Positions 51,724 to 61,764 of a stretch of 64,000 bases of DNA are shown here, one piece after another. The notes under the pieces were generated by a model, which saw only the letters and a program-made list of their open reading frames with translations, was not told where the DNA came from and did not search any database. Position numbers and translations under genes: made by a program. This stretch comes from an uncultured Rhodospirillaceae bacterium (GTDB taxonomy: Bacteria; Pseudomonadota; Alphaproteobacteria; UBA828). Each line of letters begins with the position of its first letter. The first letter of the stretch is position 1. The DNA is taken from assembly GCA_963997635.1 (NCBI GenBank), contig CAXEND010000013.1, positions 1,279-65,278 of the forward strand, in the 5' to 3' direction.

Positions 51724-52512
51724 TTAGTCTATATTAATTAACATACCATCATAACCAGGAACTACATTCTCTGGAGTTTCCTCTAACAGTTTGTCATAAT
51801 CTAACTGATGAGACATATGAGTTAATACAGCTAATTTTGGCTCAACATATTTAATATACGATAAAGTATTAGGTAAATTTGAATGTGTAGGATGGTTATC
51901 GTACCCCAAACAATCTATTATCCAAAGATTTATACCCTTTAAGCTCTCTAATATATTTACTTCTATATGGTTAAAATCAGTTGAATAAGCTATTTTGGAG
52001 TCAAATATGTAACCAGTAGTAGTTTGATTACCATGCGTTTGTTTAAAATGTTCAACTTTTAGGCCATTTATACATATATGGTCTTCTTTATCTGACATTA
52101 ATTCCTTAGCAATTAGTGCTGGTCTGGTCCAATAATTATTTAGTATCTCACCTTTTTTTATAAAAGCATAATCAAAGCGTTGTTTTATTAAACGCAGTGT
52201 GTCTGCACTACCAAATGCCTCAATTGGGGATTTCTTCATAAAATTTATGGACCTTAAGTCATCTATGCCATGAACATGGTCTGCATGAGCATGAGTGTAC
52301 AAAACAGCATCTATATTACTAATCCCAGCTGATAACAACTGCATGCGTAAGTCAGGTGGCGTATCCAGAAGTATTTTAGCATCTGCACTTTCAACAATAG
52401 CTGAAACTCTTGTTCTCTTATTGCGTATATTATTGGACCTACACACATTACAAGCACACCCAACCATGGGCACTCCACTTGAAGTTCCACAACCTAAAAT
52501 TCTAATTTTCAT
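51724..52512 (-). CDS. MBL-fold metallo-hydrolase (PhnP-like)
   Basis: HxHxDH motif (YTHAHADHVHG) and an N-terminal Cys cluster. Its position beside tatD-metG is conserved. Confidence 0.8.
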   Translation of the reverse strand: MKIRILGCGTSSGVPMVGCACNVCRSNNIRNKRTRVSAIVESADAKILLDTPPDLRMQLLSAGISNIDAVLYTHAHADHVHGIDDLRSINFMKKSPIEAFGSADTLRLIKQRFDYAFIKKGEILNNYWTRPALIAKELMSDKEDHICINGLKVEHFKQTHGNQTTTGYIFDSKIAYSTDFNHIEVNILESLKGINLWIIDCLGYDNHPTHSNLPNTLSYIKYVEPKLAVLTHMSHQLDYDKLLEETPENVVPGYDGMLINID

Positions 52513-53327
52513 TATTTATCAATATCTTCTACGCTTGCCTTACTAAATAATCTAAAGAAATTATCTGTCGTAATAGAAGCCATTTCTTCCGTGGTTATAT
52601 TTTTTAGTTCTGCTACTATTTTCAATGTTTCAGTTACATATGCTGGCTCGTTCCTTTTACCTCTATGGGGAACAGGTGCTAAATAGGGAGAATCTGTCTC
52701 TACTAAAATTCTCTCTAAAGGTAGACTAGAGCAGATTTCTCTTATGTTTGATGCATTTTTAAAAGTTACTATGCCCGATAAAGATATATAGAATCCTAAT
52801 TCAAGTGCACAATCCGCTAATGAGGACCCTCCACTAAAACAATGTATTACCCCCTTTAATTCACCCTCTTTGCATGAACTTTTTAAAATTTTACAAGTTT
52901 CTTCTTCCGCATCACGTGTATGCACAATTACTGGTAAACCTATTTCCTTTGATGCATCAAGGTGTTTTATAAAACTTTCAATTTGCAGCCCTCTAGGTGC
53001 ATGGTCATAGTAAAAATCTAAACCAGTTTCTCCAATACCTATAACACGATCTCTATTGGCTAATGTTACAATATCATCAATTGTAAACGGACTAGACTCT
53101 TCCACATTGTGTGGATGAACTCCAACTGAACACCAAATACCCTTATAAGATTTAGCAATTGACCAGATATTTTCGAATTCCTCAAGTCTTGTGCAAATGG
53201 TTTGCAACCCTTTGACAGAATTAGAATGAGCCCTTTTAATGACACTACAAAAATCTTTATCAAAATCCTCAAAATCTAGATGACAATGACTATCTATAAC
53301 TATCACGTTACTAATCCTCAAATTCAC
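52512..53327 (-). CDS. tatD: TatD family deoxyribonuclease/hydrolase
   Basis: IDSHCHLD metal-binding motif, 271 aa. Its start overlaps the end of metG by 17 bp. Confidence 0.88.
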   Translation of the reverse strand: MNLRISNVIVIDSHCHLDFEDFDKDFCSVIKRAHSNSVKGLQTICTRLEEFENIWSIAKSYKGIWCSVGVHPHNVEESSPFTIDDIVTLANRDRVIGIGETGLDFYYDHAPRGLQIESFIKHLDASKEIGLPVIVHTRDAEEETCKILKSSCKEGELKGVIHCFSGGSSLADCALELGFYISLSGIVTFKNASNIREICSSLPLERILVETDSPYLAPVPHRGKRNEPAYVTETLKIVAELKNITTEEMASITTDNFFRLFSKASVEDIDK

Positions 53328-54927
53328 AAATATATTTTGGAAATATAGCGACTGGTTTTGGTAACTTACTATCAGGCCTCAGAGAATATTTTTGACAGAT
53401 ATCTCCTTCATTATCTTCATGTAAATTTACTATATTCCTCTCATCAAGAGGAATATTTAATTGATCTAACAATCTATCCATGGACTGAGGCATAAACGGT
53501 TTAAGTATAATAGCTAAGTTTCTTATTGTTTCAGCCTGTAACCATAGGATTGTTCCCATACCAGATTTATTTTTTTTCTTGAGCTTCCATGGCTCATCTT
53601 TATCAATTGATCTATTTGCCTCTCTAACCACCTCCCAGATTCGATCTAGTGCCTCATTAAAAGCTTGCTTATGAATAAGTGGAGAAACTTTGGATAGTAG
53701 ATTTTGTGATAAACTAAGGGTTTCAAACGATTTAAAATTACATTCAGCATTTTTTTGAGGATACGGAACAACTCCCTCAAAATTTTTTGAAATCATTGAT
53801 AATACACGCTGTGCTAAATTACCGAAATCATTTGCAAGATCTTTATTAATCCTCGTCACCATAGAAGCATGGGAAAAATCACCATCATTACCAAACGGAA
53901 CCTCTCGGAGTAAGAAATAACGAACAGCATCTACCCCATATTTTCTAACAATTACCTCCGGATCTATTACGTTACCTAATGATTTAGAGATTTTTTGTCC
54001 TTCATTAGTCCACCAACCATGAGCAAAAACCCTTTGGGGCGGCTCAATTCCTGCAGACATTAAGAATGCAGGCCAGTAAACTGCATGAAAACGGAGAATA
54101 TCCTTGCCAACCATATGCAGTGATGCAGGCCAATACTTGTTCCATTTATCAGATGTGATTTCAGGAAAGTTTATGCCAGTAATATAATTTGTAAGTGCAT
54201 CAAGCCAGACATACATTATGTGAGAATCGTCGTCTGGAACAGGGATTCCCCATGAAAAACTCGTGCGTGATATTGATAAATCACGGAGTCCTCCTTTAAC
54301 AAAACTTATCACTTCATTCCGCCTACTTTGTGGAGCAACAAATTCTGGATTATTTTCGTAGAATTCTAGAAGTTTATCTTGCCACGCTGATAATCTAAAA
54401 AAATAACTAGGTTCCTCTACCCATTCGACTGATGCACCTGTAGGTGCCAAATAATTAGACGGATTTTTAGTGTCTTTAATAAGTTCTGACTCATCATAGA
54501 ATGCTTCATCTCTAACAGAATACCAACCATCATATTTACCGAGATAAATGTTGGAATCTTGACCATTAGGAGTTTTACCGTCTGAAATTCTTTTCCAGAG
54601 TGCTTGACATGATTTTATGTGTCTTGCCTCTGTGGTTCGGATAAAGTCATCATTTGAAAAATCCATTAACTCACTCAGTTTACGGAATCTTTTAGAAACC
54701 TCATCTACAAATTTCTGAGGATCTAAATTATGTTGTTTTGCAGACTTTTCTACTTTTTGGCCGTGCTCATCAGTTCCTGTTAGAAACATGACCTCACTTC
54801 CTTCGGAACGAAGGAAACGTGCTATTACATCACATGCAAGGCTTGTATATGCATGCCCAATATGAGGGGAATCATTCACATAATAAATAGGTGTAGTTAG
54901 AAAATAAGGTGTTGAGCTTGGTGACAT
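53311..54927 (-). CDS. metG: methionine--tRNA ligase
   Basis: HIGH motif (PHIGHAYTS) and KISKS (KMSKS). It is the short form (538 aa) with no C-terminal tRNA-binding extension. Confidence 0.93.
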   Translation of the reverse strand: MSPSSTPYFLTTPIYYVNDSPHIGHAYTSLACDVIARFLRSEGSEVMFLTGTDEHGQKVEKSAKQHNLDPQKFVDEVSKRFRKLSELMDFSNDDFIRTTEARHIKSCQALWKRISDGKTPNGQDSNIYLGKYDGWYSVRDEAFYDESELIKDTKNPSNYLAPTGASVEWVEEPSYFFRLSAWQDKLLEFYENNPEFVAPQSRRNEVISFVKGGLRDLSISRTSFSWGIPVPDDDSHIMYVWLDALTNYITGINFPEITSDKWNKYWPASLHMVGKDILRFHAVYWPAFLMSAGIEPPQRVFAHGWWTNEGQKISKSLGNVIDPEVIVRKYGVDAVRYFLLREVPFGNDGDFSHASMVTRINKDLANDFGNLAQRVLSMISKNFEGVVPYPQKNAECNFKSFETLSLSQNLLSKVSPLIHKQAFNEALDRIWEVVREANRSIDKDEPWKLKKKNKSGMGTILWLQAETIRNLAIILKPFMPQSMDRLLDQLNIPLDERNIVNLHEDNEGDICQKYSLRPDSKLPKPVAIFPKYICEFED

Positions 54928-54960
54928 ATATAACTCCTAAGGGGATTTTTCCAAGCACTA

Positions 54961-56052
54961 CTATATGCGTGCCATACGGGATAATAATGTAAAAGCATTA
55001 AACAGAGTTTGTTTTCTCTCCATATTAAGAGATTCAGAACTTGTTAATATTATTCGAACTTTTTCCCATACCTCTGCCCATTGATCAAGCGAATGTCTAT
55101 AGGCATGGATACTTTTTATTAATGGTGATTCATTTGGAAGAAGTTCATATTTAGAACTATTATTTTTATTCCCTGATACAGCTCGACAAATTGCCGAGGA
55201 CAACGTCCAGAGTATAATATCTGATATTGCGGCAAATATTTCAGCTCCATCTTTGCGCCCTACTCTGTCAACCAGTTTGTTTATTCCACCCCAATCAAGA
55301 TCAGGTAAACTCAAAATTAGCTCTACAACTGTTTGAAAAAATTCAATTCCTCCTTGATTAAGCAAATTAAGCCCATAGCCAGGGCTTCCATCAGAAATTT
55401 GCACCAAAGCACTAAAATTATATTCACTTAATTCCATACAGCTTGGATTTAAATTAAAAACTTTCTCAACATTTGATTCATTTAACCTTTTAAAATTTAT
55501 GAACCTGCACCTTGATCTTGTGGTTGGAAGTAATTTATCTAGAGAATGGGTAACAAGTATAAACACTGACTTATAAGGTGTTTCTTCTATATGTTTAAGA
55601 AGTGCATTTTCTGCAGAACTATTAAGAAAATCTGCACCATCAATAATTACAATTTTCCATGAAGACTCACCCGAGGTTAAACTCAAAAATCTATTTAGCC
55701 TTCTTACGTCATTAATGACTATTTCATTTCTTAAAATACCTTGTTCATTCTCAGTCAACTCAAGTGTAAATAAATCCGAATGTGTTCCCGCAGAAATCCT
55801 TTTAAAAGTCGATGAATTGGGATCAACCCATAGACCTTCTTGGTTTGAAATATATTCATTCTCTTTAGCTAATATGAAGCGAGCCAAACGATAACCAAGT
55901 GTTGCCTTTCCAATACCTTTAGGACCAGAAAAAATCCATGCGTTAGGGATATTCCCGTTATTCCATGAATGAATTAATTCTTTTTCGGCCTCTGCATGCC
56001 CTATTAATTCAGATTGATCTCTGCAACTATAATTAAGCATTGATATAACCAT
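54961..56052 (-). CDS. holB: DNA polymerase III subunit delta'
   Basis: AAA+ clamp-loader fold (FSGPKGIGKAT), 363 aa. It sits in the tmk-holB-metG order. Confidence 0.8.
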   Translation of the reverse strand: MVISMLNYSCRDQSELIGHAEAEKELIHSWNNGNIPNAWIFSGPKGIGKATLGYRLARFILAKENEYISNQEGLWVDPNSSTFKRISAGTHSDLFTLELTENEQGILRNEIVINDVRRLNRFLSLTSGESSWKIVIIDGADFLNSSAENALLKHIEETPYKSVFILVTHSLDKLLPTTRSRCRFINFKRLNESNVEKVFNLNPSCMELSEYNFSALVQISDGSPGYGLNLLNQGGIEFFQTVVELILSLPDLDWGGINKLVDRVGRKDGAEIFAAISDIILWTLSSAICRAVSGNKNNSSKYELLPNESPLIKSIHAYRHSLDQWAEVWEKVRIILTSSESLNMERKQTLFNAFTLLSRMARI

Positions 56053-56084
56053 AAGATATAAGAATTATAATAATTAAATTACTT

Positions 56085-56735
56085 TCAAGGCAATGAAGAC
56101 AATTTAGATAAATTAAAATTAAATGAAATTTCCTTGCAGATTTTCTCTGCTATACTTTGAATGGTTTGCGTAGCATCAATAATTTTAATACGTTTAGGAT
56201 CATTCTTTGCTATCGTTAAAAACCCTTCCCTTAACCTTTGATGCATTCCTATATCCATTTTCTCGTATCTAGATTCTGCACCTTTACGCAAAGCCGCACG
56301 TTTCAATCCAGTTTCTGCGGGTATATCTAAAATAAAAGTCATATCTGGAGCAAATTTCTCAATTGAAAGTTCTCGAAGTATTTCTAATTTTTCATGGGCA
56401 ACTCCTTGACCAAAACCTTGATAAGCAATCGTAGAGTCAGAAAATCGGTCACAAATAACCCAGTCACCACGGTCTAAGGCAGGCTTGATTAGGGTATTAA
56501 TGTGACTACGACGGGCAACAAAATGTAACATTGCCTCAGAAAACGGATCCCAACGCTCCAAAGGTCCAGAAACTAACAATTCTCTAACCATTTCTGCTTC
56601 AGAAGAACCACCTGGCTCACGTGTATCTACTACATTAATACCAATAGCCATTAAAGATTTTTTTAATAGTTTTACTTGGGTTGTTTTTCCTGCACCCTCA
56701 CCTCCCTCAAAACTTATAAAAATACCATCAACCAA
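56085..56735 (-). CDS. tmk: thymidylate kinase
   Basis: P-loop FEGGEGAGKTTQ and a DRF motif. 216 aa. Confidence 0.93.
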   Translation of the reverse strand: MVDGIFISFEGGEGAGKTTQVKLLKKSLMAIGINVVDTREPGGSSEAEMVRELLVSGPLERWDPFSEAMLHFVARRSHINTLIKPALDRGDWVICDRFSDSTIAYQGFGQGVAHEKLEILRELSIEKFAPDMTFILDIPAETGLKRAALRKGAESRYEKMDIGMHQRLREGFLTIAKNDPKRIKIIDATQTIQSIAEKICKEISFNFNLSKLSSLP

Positions 56736-56753
56736 AAATAACTACCTCCCCCT

Positions 56754-57974
56754 TTATTTATTTTCACCCCAGATAAGATGATTGAAGGCCTTGCCAATCC
56801 TCCCGAAGCCAGAAAGACTGTCAATTGATTTGCCAGCAACTAAAGGAATTCTGATTGTCTCTCTATCAGGTAAGTCAACTTTTAGCTGAGCGATGGCCTG
56901 ACCCTTTTCTATGGGGGCAGGTATTGGGCCAGGTGCAATAACACTAACCCTCATAGATTTTCGTGCCTCTCTAGATAATGTCAGAGTTAAATTTGACTCT
57001 ATAATAAGCGATACCTTAGGTTCTTTTCCCAGCCATACGTCGAGTTCTTCGACAATTTCTCCCTTAGTAAAAAGAACATGATTATTGAATTGGCTAAAAC
57101 CATAGTCTAACAAAAGACCTGTTTCCTTTGCACGCTGTTTTGAAGATTTAATTCCATTTGCCACAATAATAAGTCGTCTTTCTGCCCGTTTAGCTGATGC
57201 TGCAAGCCCATAACCCGAATCTTTAGTATATCCAGTCTTTAAACCATCAGCGCCAGGAAAGACTCGAAGCAATGGGTTTCTGTTTTTCTGATTGATATTA
57301 TTATATTTAAATTCCCTTTCACTAAAAATTGCGTAAAATTTAGGAAAATCATGGATAATACGATGAACAAGAATTGCTAAATCTTTAGCAGTAGTTGAAT
57401 GATTCTTATGAGGCCATCCAGTAGAGTTAACAAAATTACTTGATTTTAAACCTATTGATTTAGACCTGATATTCATAAGATCTGCAAATGCTTCCTCGGA
57501 ACCAGCTATACCTTCAGCCAATACAATACAAGCATCATTACCTGATTGTACAATTATTCCACGGAGTAAATCACTTATAAGCACTCTACTCCCCACTTCT
57601 AAGAACATCCTTGACCCACCCATCCTCCATGCTTTTTCACTAACTAAAAATTTATCATCTAAAGAAAGCTTACCCTTATCAATAAGTTCAAATACTATAT
57701 AAAGCGTCATCAATTTACTCATTGATGCAGGATACATAAGATCATCTTCGTTTTTCGAGAATAAAACTGTTCCAGTTACATCATCAACTAAAATTGCCTG
57801 CTTAGCTGAAGTTTCAAAAGCTAAACAATTTATTGAAAATATAACTCCAGCCACCCAAAGACTTAGGCCAAAAACAAAAGAATTAAAAAGTGTTCTTGAT
57901 GTATAACGAAAATTAATAGTTGAAAAAAATTCCACAACCTGCGTGATTAAGATATTATTTTTTATAAAATACAT
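56754..57974 (-). CDS. dacC: D-alanyl-D-alanine carboxypeptidase (PBP5/6 family)
   Basis: Motifs SMSK (SxxK), SGN and KTG. Signal/TM N-terminus. 406 aa. Confidence 0.88.
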   Translation of the reverse strand: MYFIKNNILITQVVEFFSTINFRYTSRTLFNSFVFGLSLWVAGVIFSINCLAFETSAKQAILVDDVTGTVLFSKNEDDLMYPASMSKLMTLYIVFELIDKGKLSLDDKFLVSEKAWRMGGSRMFLEVGSRVLISDLLRGIIVQSGNDACIVLAEGIAGSEEAFADLMNIRSKSIGLKSSNFVNSTGWPHKNHSTTAKDLAILVHRIIHDFPKFYAIFSEREFKYNNINQKNRNPLLRVFPGADGLKTGYTKDSGYGLAASAKRAERRLIIVANGIKSSKQRAKETGLLLDYGFSQFNNHVLFTKGEIVEELDVWLGKEPKVSLIIESNLTLTLSREARKSMRVSVIAPGPIPAPIEKGQAIAQLKVDLPDRETIRIPLVAGKSIDSLSGFGRIGKAFNHLIWGENK

Positions 57975-58040
57975 TGATTACAATATACCTAAGAAAATAC
58001 TATAATTGGAACTATAATTATCTCTGTATTGTTAATAATT

Positions 58041-58931
58041 TTATTTTAAAATTATTAAGTTCGACAAGGGAAAACCACTATCTGACAAATTTTTTAATAC
58101 TTTTTCAACTTCAGCACCAGAACTGAGGGGGCCAATACGAACTTTAAAAATATTATTATTATTGTTTATTGATTTAATAATTTGAATTGGGCCAAAATTT
58201 GAAACTTTGTCTTTTAAGCGAATAGCATTTTTTATACTAGTAAATGCCCCTAATTGTATATATGTCATTTTATCTGTAATTATAGAATCAGATAAACTAT
58301 CCTCTTGATATAATGCTTCCTCAACCTTTTCCTGTTGAAATACTTTACCTTCAATGGAGTCTAAACCGTAAGCTGAATCATTTGATGCGACATTTTTTAA
58401 TGAGGCTAGCTCCACAAACTCTACCCTAACCCGTTCAGTTCCCTTTTGATAAATACCTAAGAGTTGTGCAGAACGTCTAGACAGATCAATAATTCTACCT
58501 TCAACAAAAGGGCCTCTATCGTTAACTCTAACTAAAAGGGACCTTCCGTTATCAAGGTTAGTCACCCTTGCTATGCTAGGTAAGGCAAAAGTTTTATGTG
58601 CTGCAGTTACAGTATTCATATCAAACACCTCCCCATTGGCGGTTAGACGTCCGTGAAACTGCTCTCCATACCAAGATGCTATACCTATTTTGTCATATTT
58701 TGGATCATGATACGGGTAATACCAAATACCAGCTATATTGTATGCCCTACCAACTTTATAACCAGACGGAACTGGTGAACCCTGATTATGATTTTTGATT
58801 TCTTCCTCAGTATCTCTACTAAGTTGTTTTGTTGCATGAACAAGTAACTCCACCTCAGAACATGAAGTCAGAAGAAAACAGCATATTAGAAAAGCAGAGG
58901 AAACTCGAACATATTTTACCAACCCAAACAT
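58041..58931 (-). CDS. rlpA: septal ring lytic transglycosylase RlpA (DPBB + C-terminal SPOR domain), lipoprotein
   Basis: Lipobox LLTSC, a DPBB domain (IASWYG...NGE) and a C-terminal SPOR-like segment. The likely start is the ATG at 58931 (MFGLVKYV). Confidence 0.82.
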   Translation of the reverse strand: MFGLVKYVRVSSAFLICCFLLTSCSEVELLVHATKQLSRDTEEEIKNHNQGSPVPSGYKVGRAYNIAGIWYYPYHDPKYDKIGIASWYGEQFHGRLTANGEVFDMNTVTAAHKTFALPSIARVTNLDNGRSLLVRVNDRGPFVEGRIIDLSRRSAQLLGIYQKGTERVRVEFVELASLKNVASNDSAYGLDSIEGKVFQQEKVEEALYQEDSLSDSIITDKMTYIQLGAFTSIKNAIRLKDKVSNFGPIQIIKSINNNNNIFKVRIGPLSSGAEVEKVLKNLSDSGFPLSNLIILK

Positions 58932-58965
58932 GATCAAATTAAGGCCTTCCCTAGGTGATAAAAAT

Positions 58966-59949
58966 TTAACGAATAGAATCAGCCAAACGGCCAACGGCTA
59001 GACCGAAATAATGGGATCTATTCCAACGCAAAATTGCCCTATAATTTTGATATACTAGAAAGACATTATCTGGGTCAGAACCCGGCCTGATTAATGAACC
59101 TGACATATTAAAAATTGGTAACTTCTCTCCACTAACTCGACGAATCCCTAACTCATGCCATTCCTTAAGAGATTTAATTACATCCATTGAAATTAAAGAG
59201 GAATCAATGGGTTTAGTTATTCTTACTTTACGCCCCCACGTTTCACCATTTACCCAACCAGAACCAACTAAATAGTTTGATGCAGAAGCAAATACATCAG
59301 CTTTAGTTTGCCAAATATCTGTACGTCCATCATTGTCAAAATCTACAGCATATTTCTGAAAACTTGACGGCATAAACTGGCTTTGACCCATAGCACCTGC
59401 CCAACTACCTAACATTTTCATAGCTGTAATATGGCCGTCATCAAGTATTTTTAAGGCCGTCAAAAGTTCTTTTCTAAAATATTCACTCCTTCTGCCATCA
59501 TATGCTAGTGTAGAGAGGGCATTTATAACTGAGAAACCACCAGTATAGGCACCGAAGTTTGTTTCAATTCCCCAAAGAGCTACTATAAATCTTGCTGGCA
59601 CACCATAATGGTTGGTAACTTTATCTAGTAAAACTTTATTCTCAGAAAGTTTTTTTGTTCCTTCTTGAATTCGACCTTGAGTTACTACCCGATTTAAATA
59701 CTCTTCAAGAGTAATTGTTGACTCTGGTTGAGAACGGTCTAATTCTATTACCCGATCTAAAAGTTCAATGTTTGCAAATGCAGTATTAATTGTATCTTCA
59801 GTAACACCTTCTCTTAACGCATCTGTTTTTAATTGCTCAAGCCAATTATCAAAAGGCATTTGATCTGAAGCAATTAATGGTGACCATAAGCTAATAAAAA
59901 TTAATAATGTAAATGATGGCAATATTAAATAAGGATATTTCATCAGCAT
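58966..59949 (-). CDS. lytic murein transglycosylase (MltB family)
   Basis: Signal peptide followed by an SLT_2-like domain (GQSQFMPSS, YNxxxxY). 327 aa. Confidence 0.82.
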   Translation of the reverse strand: MLMKYPYLILPSFTLLIFISLWSPLIASDQMPFDNWLEQLKTDALREGVTEDTINTAFANIELLDRVIELDRSQPESTITLEEYLNRVVTQGRIQEGTKKLSENKVLLDKVTNHYGVPARFIVALWGIETNFGAYTGGFSVINALSTLAYDGRRSEYFRKELLTALKILDDGHITAMKMLGSWAGAMGQSQFMPSSFQKYAVDFDNDGRTDIWQTKADVFASASNYLVGSGWVNGETWGRKVRITKPIDSSLISMDVIKSLKEWHELGIRRVSGEKLPIFNMSGSLIRPGSDPDNVFLVYQNYRAILRWNRSHYFGLAVGRLADSIR

Positions 59950-60057
59950 GTCCTAAAGAAATCCAGCGAATCGGATAAAACAACTATACAATCATTTGCA
60001 TATGGTTTATGCAACTCGCAACCATTTAGGTTTGAAATGTACCCAAAAACTTAATTC

Positions 60058-61023
60058 TCACTCAAAAACCTCTATATTCACAACGTACTTCTCATCTAAT
60101 TTCCCATTAATGCCATCAATAGCGTTCTGAGAAGCACGCATTGAAGACCTTATACTACATTCTTTGGTAAGCCCACCAACATGAGGCGTCAAAATACTTC
60201 TCTCTGACTTTATTATTGGGTCATCTGCATTAGGTGGTTCTTTATTGAAAACATCAAAGCCAATCCCAAAAAACTTGCCTGATAATAATCCTTGAGATAC
60301 TGATTCAGTGTCGACAATTGCTCCTCTTGCCGTATTTACCAGAATAGATCCAGGTTTAATCTTATTGATAACAGTTTCATTTATCATGAACTCGGTTTCT
60401 TTATTTAAAGGCACATGAATTGTTAAAATATCAATATTGGGTATAATATCCTGCCAATTAGAGACAGGTATGCAACCTGCGTTGGTTATTAACTCCTGTG
60501 ATATGTATGGATCATATACATAAACATTTGTCTCAAAACTCTTGATTCTCTTTGCCACTCTACTGCCAATTCTACCAAATCCAAGAATCAATACATTTTT
60601 CCCAGCTAACTCTATAGCATCAGCATTATCACGAATTTTCCAATTATTAGTTCTTACGGCTTTATCATGCATTGGTCCTTGTTTAGCTGATGAAAGAATA
60701 AAATACATTGTAAGTTCAGCTACAGTGACAGCATTTTCATTACCAATAGTAGTAACTGGAATGCAGAATTTATTTGCGGAATCCATATCAACATTATCAT
60801 ATCCGACACCATGTCTAGATATGACTTTCAAATTTTTTGACACCTTAAAACATTCATTGTCGAAGGGTAGATATCTTAAGATTATCGCATCTGCATCTAT
60901 TAAATTAGAAAGTAACCTATTACGTTCTTGCTCACCAACAATAACAATTTCTAGTCCTTCTTGTTTTTTAAGGAAACGTAGAGCTTCTTTATGAATTTCA
61001 TTAAAAATAATGATCTTTGGCAA
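60058..61023 (-). CDS. D-isomer-specific 2-hydroxyacid dehydrogenase (phosphoglycerate/hydroxypyruvate reductase-like)
   Basis: NAD Rossmann motif GFGRIGSRVA and an Arg-Glu-His catalytic triad context (HVPLNKET..., NTARG, PHVGG). 321 aa. Confidence 0.82.
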   Translation of the reverse strand: MPKIIIFNEIHKEALRFLKKQEGLEIVIVGEQERNRLLSNLIDADAIILRYLPFDNECFKVSKNLKVISRHGVGYDNVDMDSANKFCIPVTTIGNENAVTVAELTMYFILSSAKQGPMHDKAVRTNNWKIRDNADAIELAGKNVLILGFGRIGSRVAKRIKSFETNVYVYDPYISQELITNAGCIPVSNWQDIIPNIDILTIHVPLNKETEFMINETVINKIKPGSILVNTARGAIVDTESVSQGLLSGKFFGIGFDVFNKEPPNADDPIIKSERSILTPHVGGLTKECSIRSSMRASQNAIDGINGKLDEKYVVNIEVFE

Positions 61024-61158
61024 CTGGTTATATCCTTCTATAAAATAATTACTATTCGATATAACTCTAATAATTCAAGGGATACAAAGAAAAATCGAAA
61101 TAAAAACGATAATTAAAACACAATAATGTTATTTTTTTTATAAACAAAATTTTAAAAC

Positions 61159-61186
61159 TTGAAATAATACGATAAGTTACATAATT
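61159..61186 (+). promoter_or_regulatory. candidate sigma70 promoter for tRNA-Ser (TTGAAA-16 nt-ATAATT)
   Basis: The -35 TTGAAA lies at 61159-61164 and the -10 ATAATT at 61181-61186, about 20 bp upstream of the mature tRNA 5' end. Confidence 0.45.
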
Positions 61187-61205
61187 GATGGTTGCAGAAT
61201 ATTTT

Positions 61206-61293
61206 GGATGGGTACCCAAGTGGTTGAAGGGACCGGTCTTGAAAACCGGCAGGGGGCAACTCCTCGTGGGTTCGAATCCCACCCCATCCGCCA
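61206..61293 (+). tRNA. tRNA-Ser (anticodon UGA), type II with long variable arm, CCA encoded
   Basis: Folded by hand. 7-bp acceptor stem GGATGGG/CCCATCC. D stem CCC/GGG with a long D loop. Anticodon stem CCGGT/ACCGG with loop CTTGAAA, anticodon TGA. Long variable arm CAGGGGGCAACTCCTCGT. T arm GTGGG-TTCGAAT-CCCAC. Discriminator G followed by CCA. Confidence 0.9.
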
Positions 61294-61338
61294 ACCAACA
61301 TCTATCTAAAGAGTTTTAAACCAGCACTATAGTTTACC

Positions 61339-61728
61339 CTAAGGTTGAATTTCTCTTGGTTTTCCTGAATCATTAATTGCAACATAAACAAAAGTGCCCT
61401 CTGTCACCATTACCATTTGGGTTTTATCCCTACGCAGCGACCATGTTTCTATATGAATAGAGACTGATGTATTACCTTTTTTCTTCAAAGTTGCATACAA
61501 ACTGACTAAGTCACCAACAGCAATAGGTTTAAGAAAACGCATTGCTTCAACAGCAACCGTAACTACACGTCCTTTTGCCAATTCACTTGCAAGAACACCA
61601 CCAGCAATGTCCATTTGAGACATTACCCACCCACCAAATATGTCACCGTTTGCATTAACATCAGCAGGCATTGGAACTGTTCTAATAGTAGGCTGTTTGT
61701 TAGGTGGACAATTTTGGGTTTTAGGCAA
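61339..61728 (-). CDS. acyl-CoA thioesterase (hotdog fold, YciA-like)
   Basis: MPADVNANGDIFGGWVMSQMD...GRVVTV aligns closely with YciA-family thioesterases. 129 aa. Confidence 0.85.
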   Translation of the reverse strand: MPKTQNCPPNKQPTIRTVPMPADVNANGDIFGGWVMSQMDIAGGVLASELAKGRVVTVAVEAMRFLKPIAVGDLVSLYATLKKKGNTSVSIHIETWSLRRDKTQMVMVTEGTFVYVAINDSGKPREIQP

Positions 61729-61764
61729 TTAATTATTCCTCAATAAAAAATCATTAGAAATTTA

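Noticed and set aside
61067-61294. 75-aa ORF on the - strand (MADGVGFEPTRSCPLPVFKTGPF...)
   Set aside because: It is the antisense translation of the tRNA-Ser gene plus AT-rich upstream DNA. The GFEPT peptide is the classic tRNA T-arm shadow.
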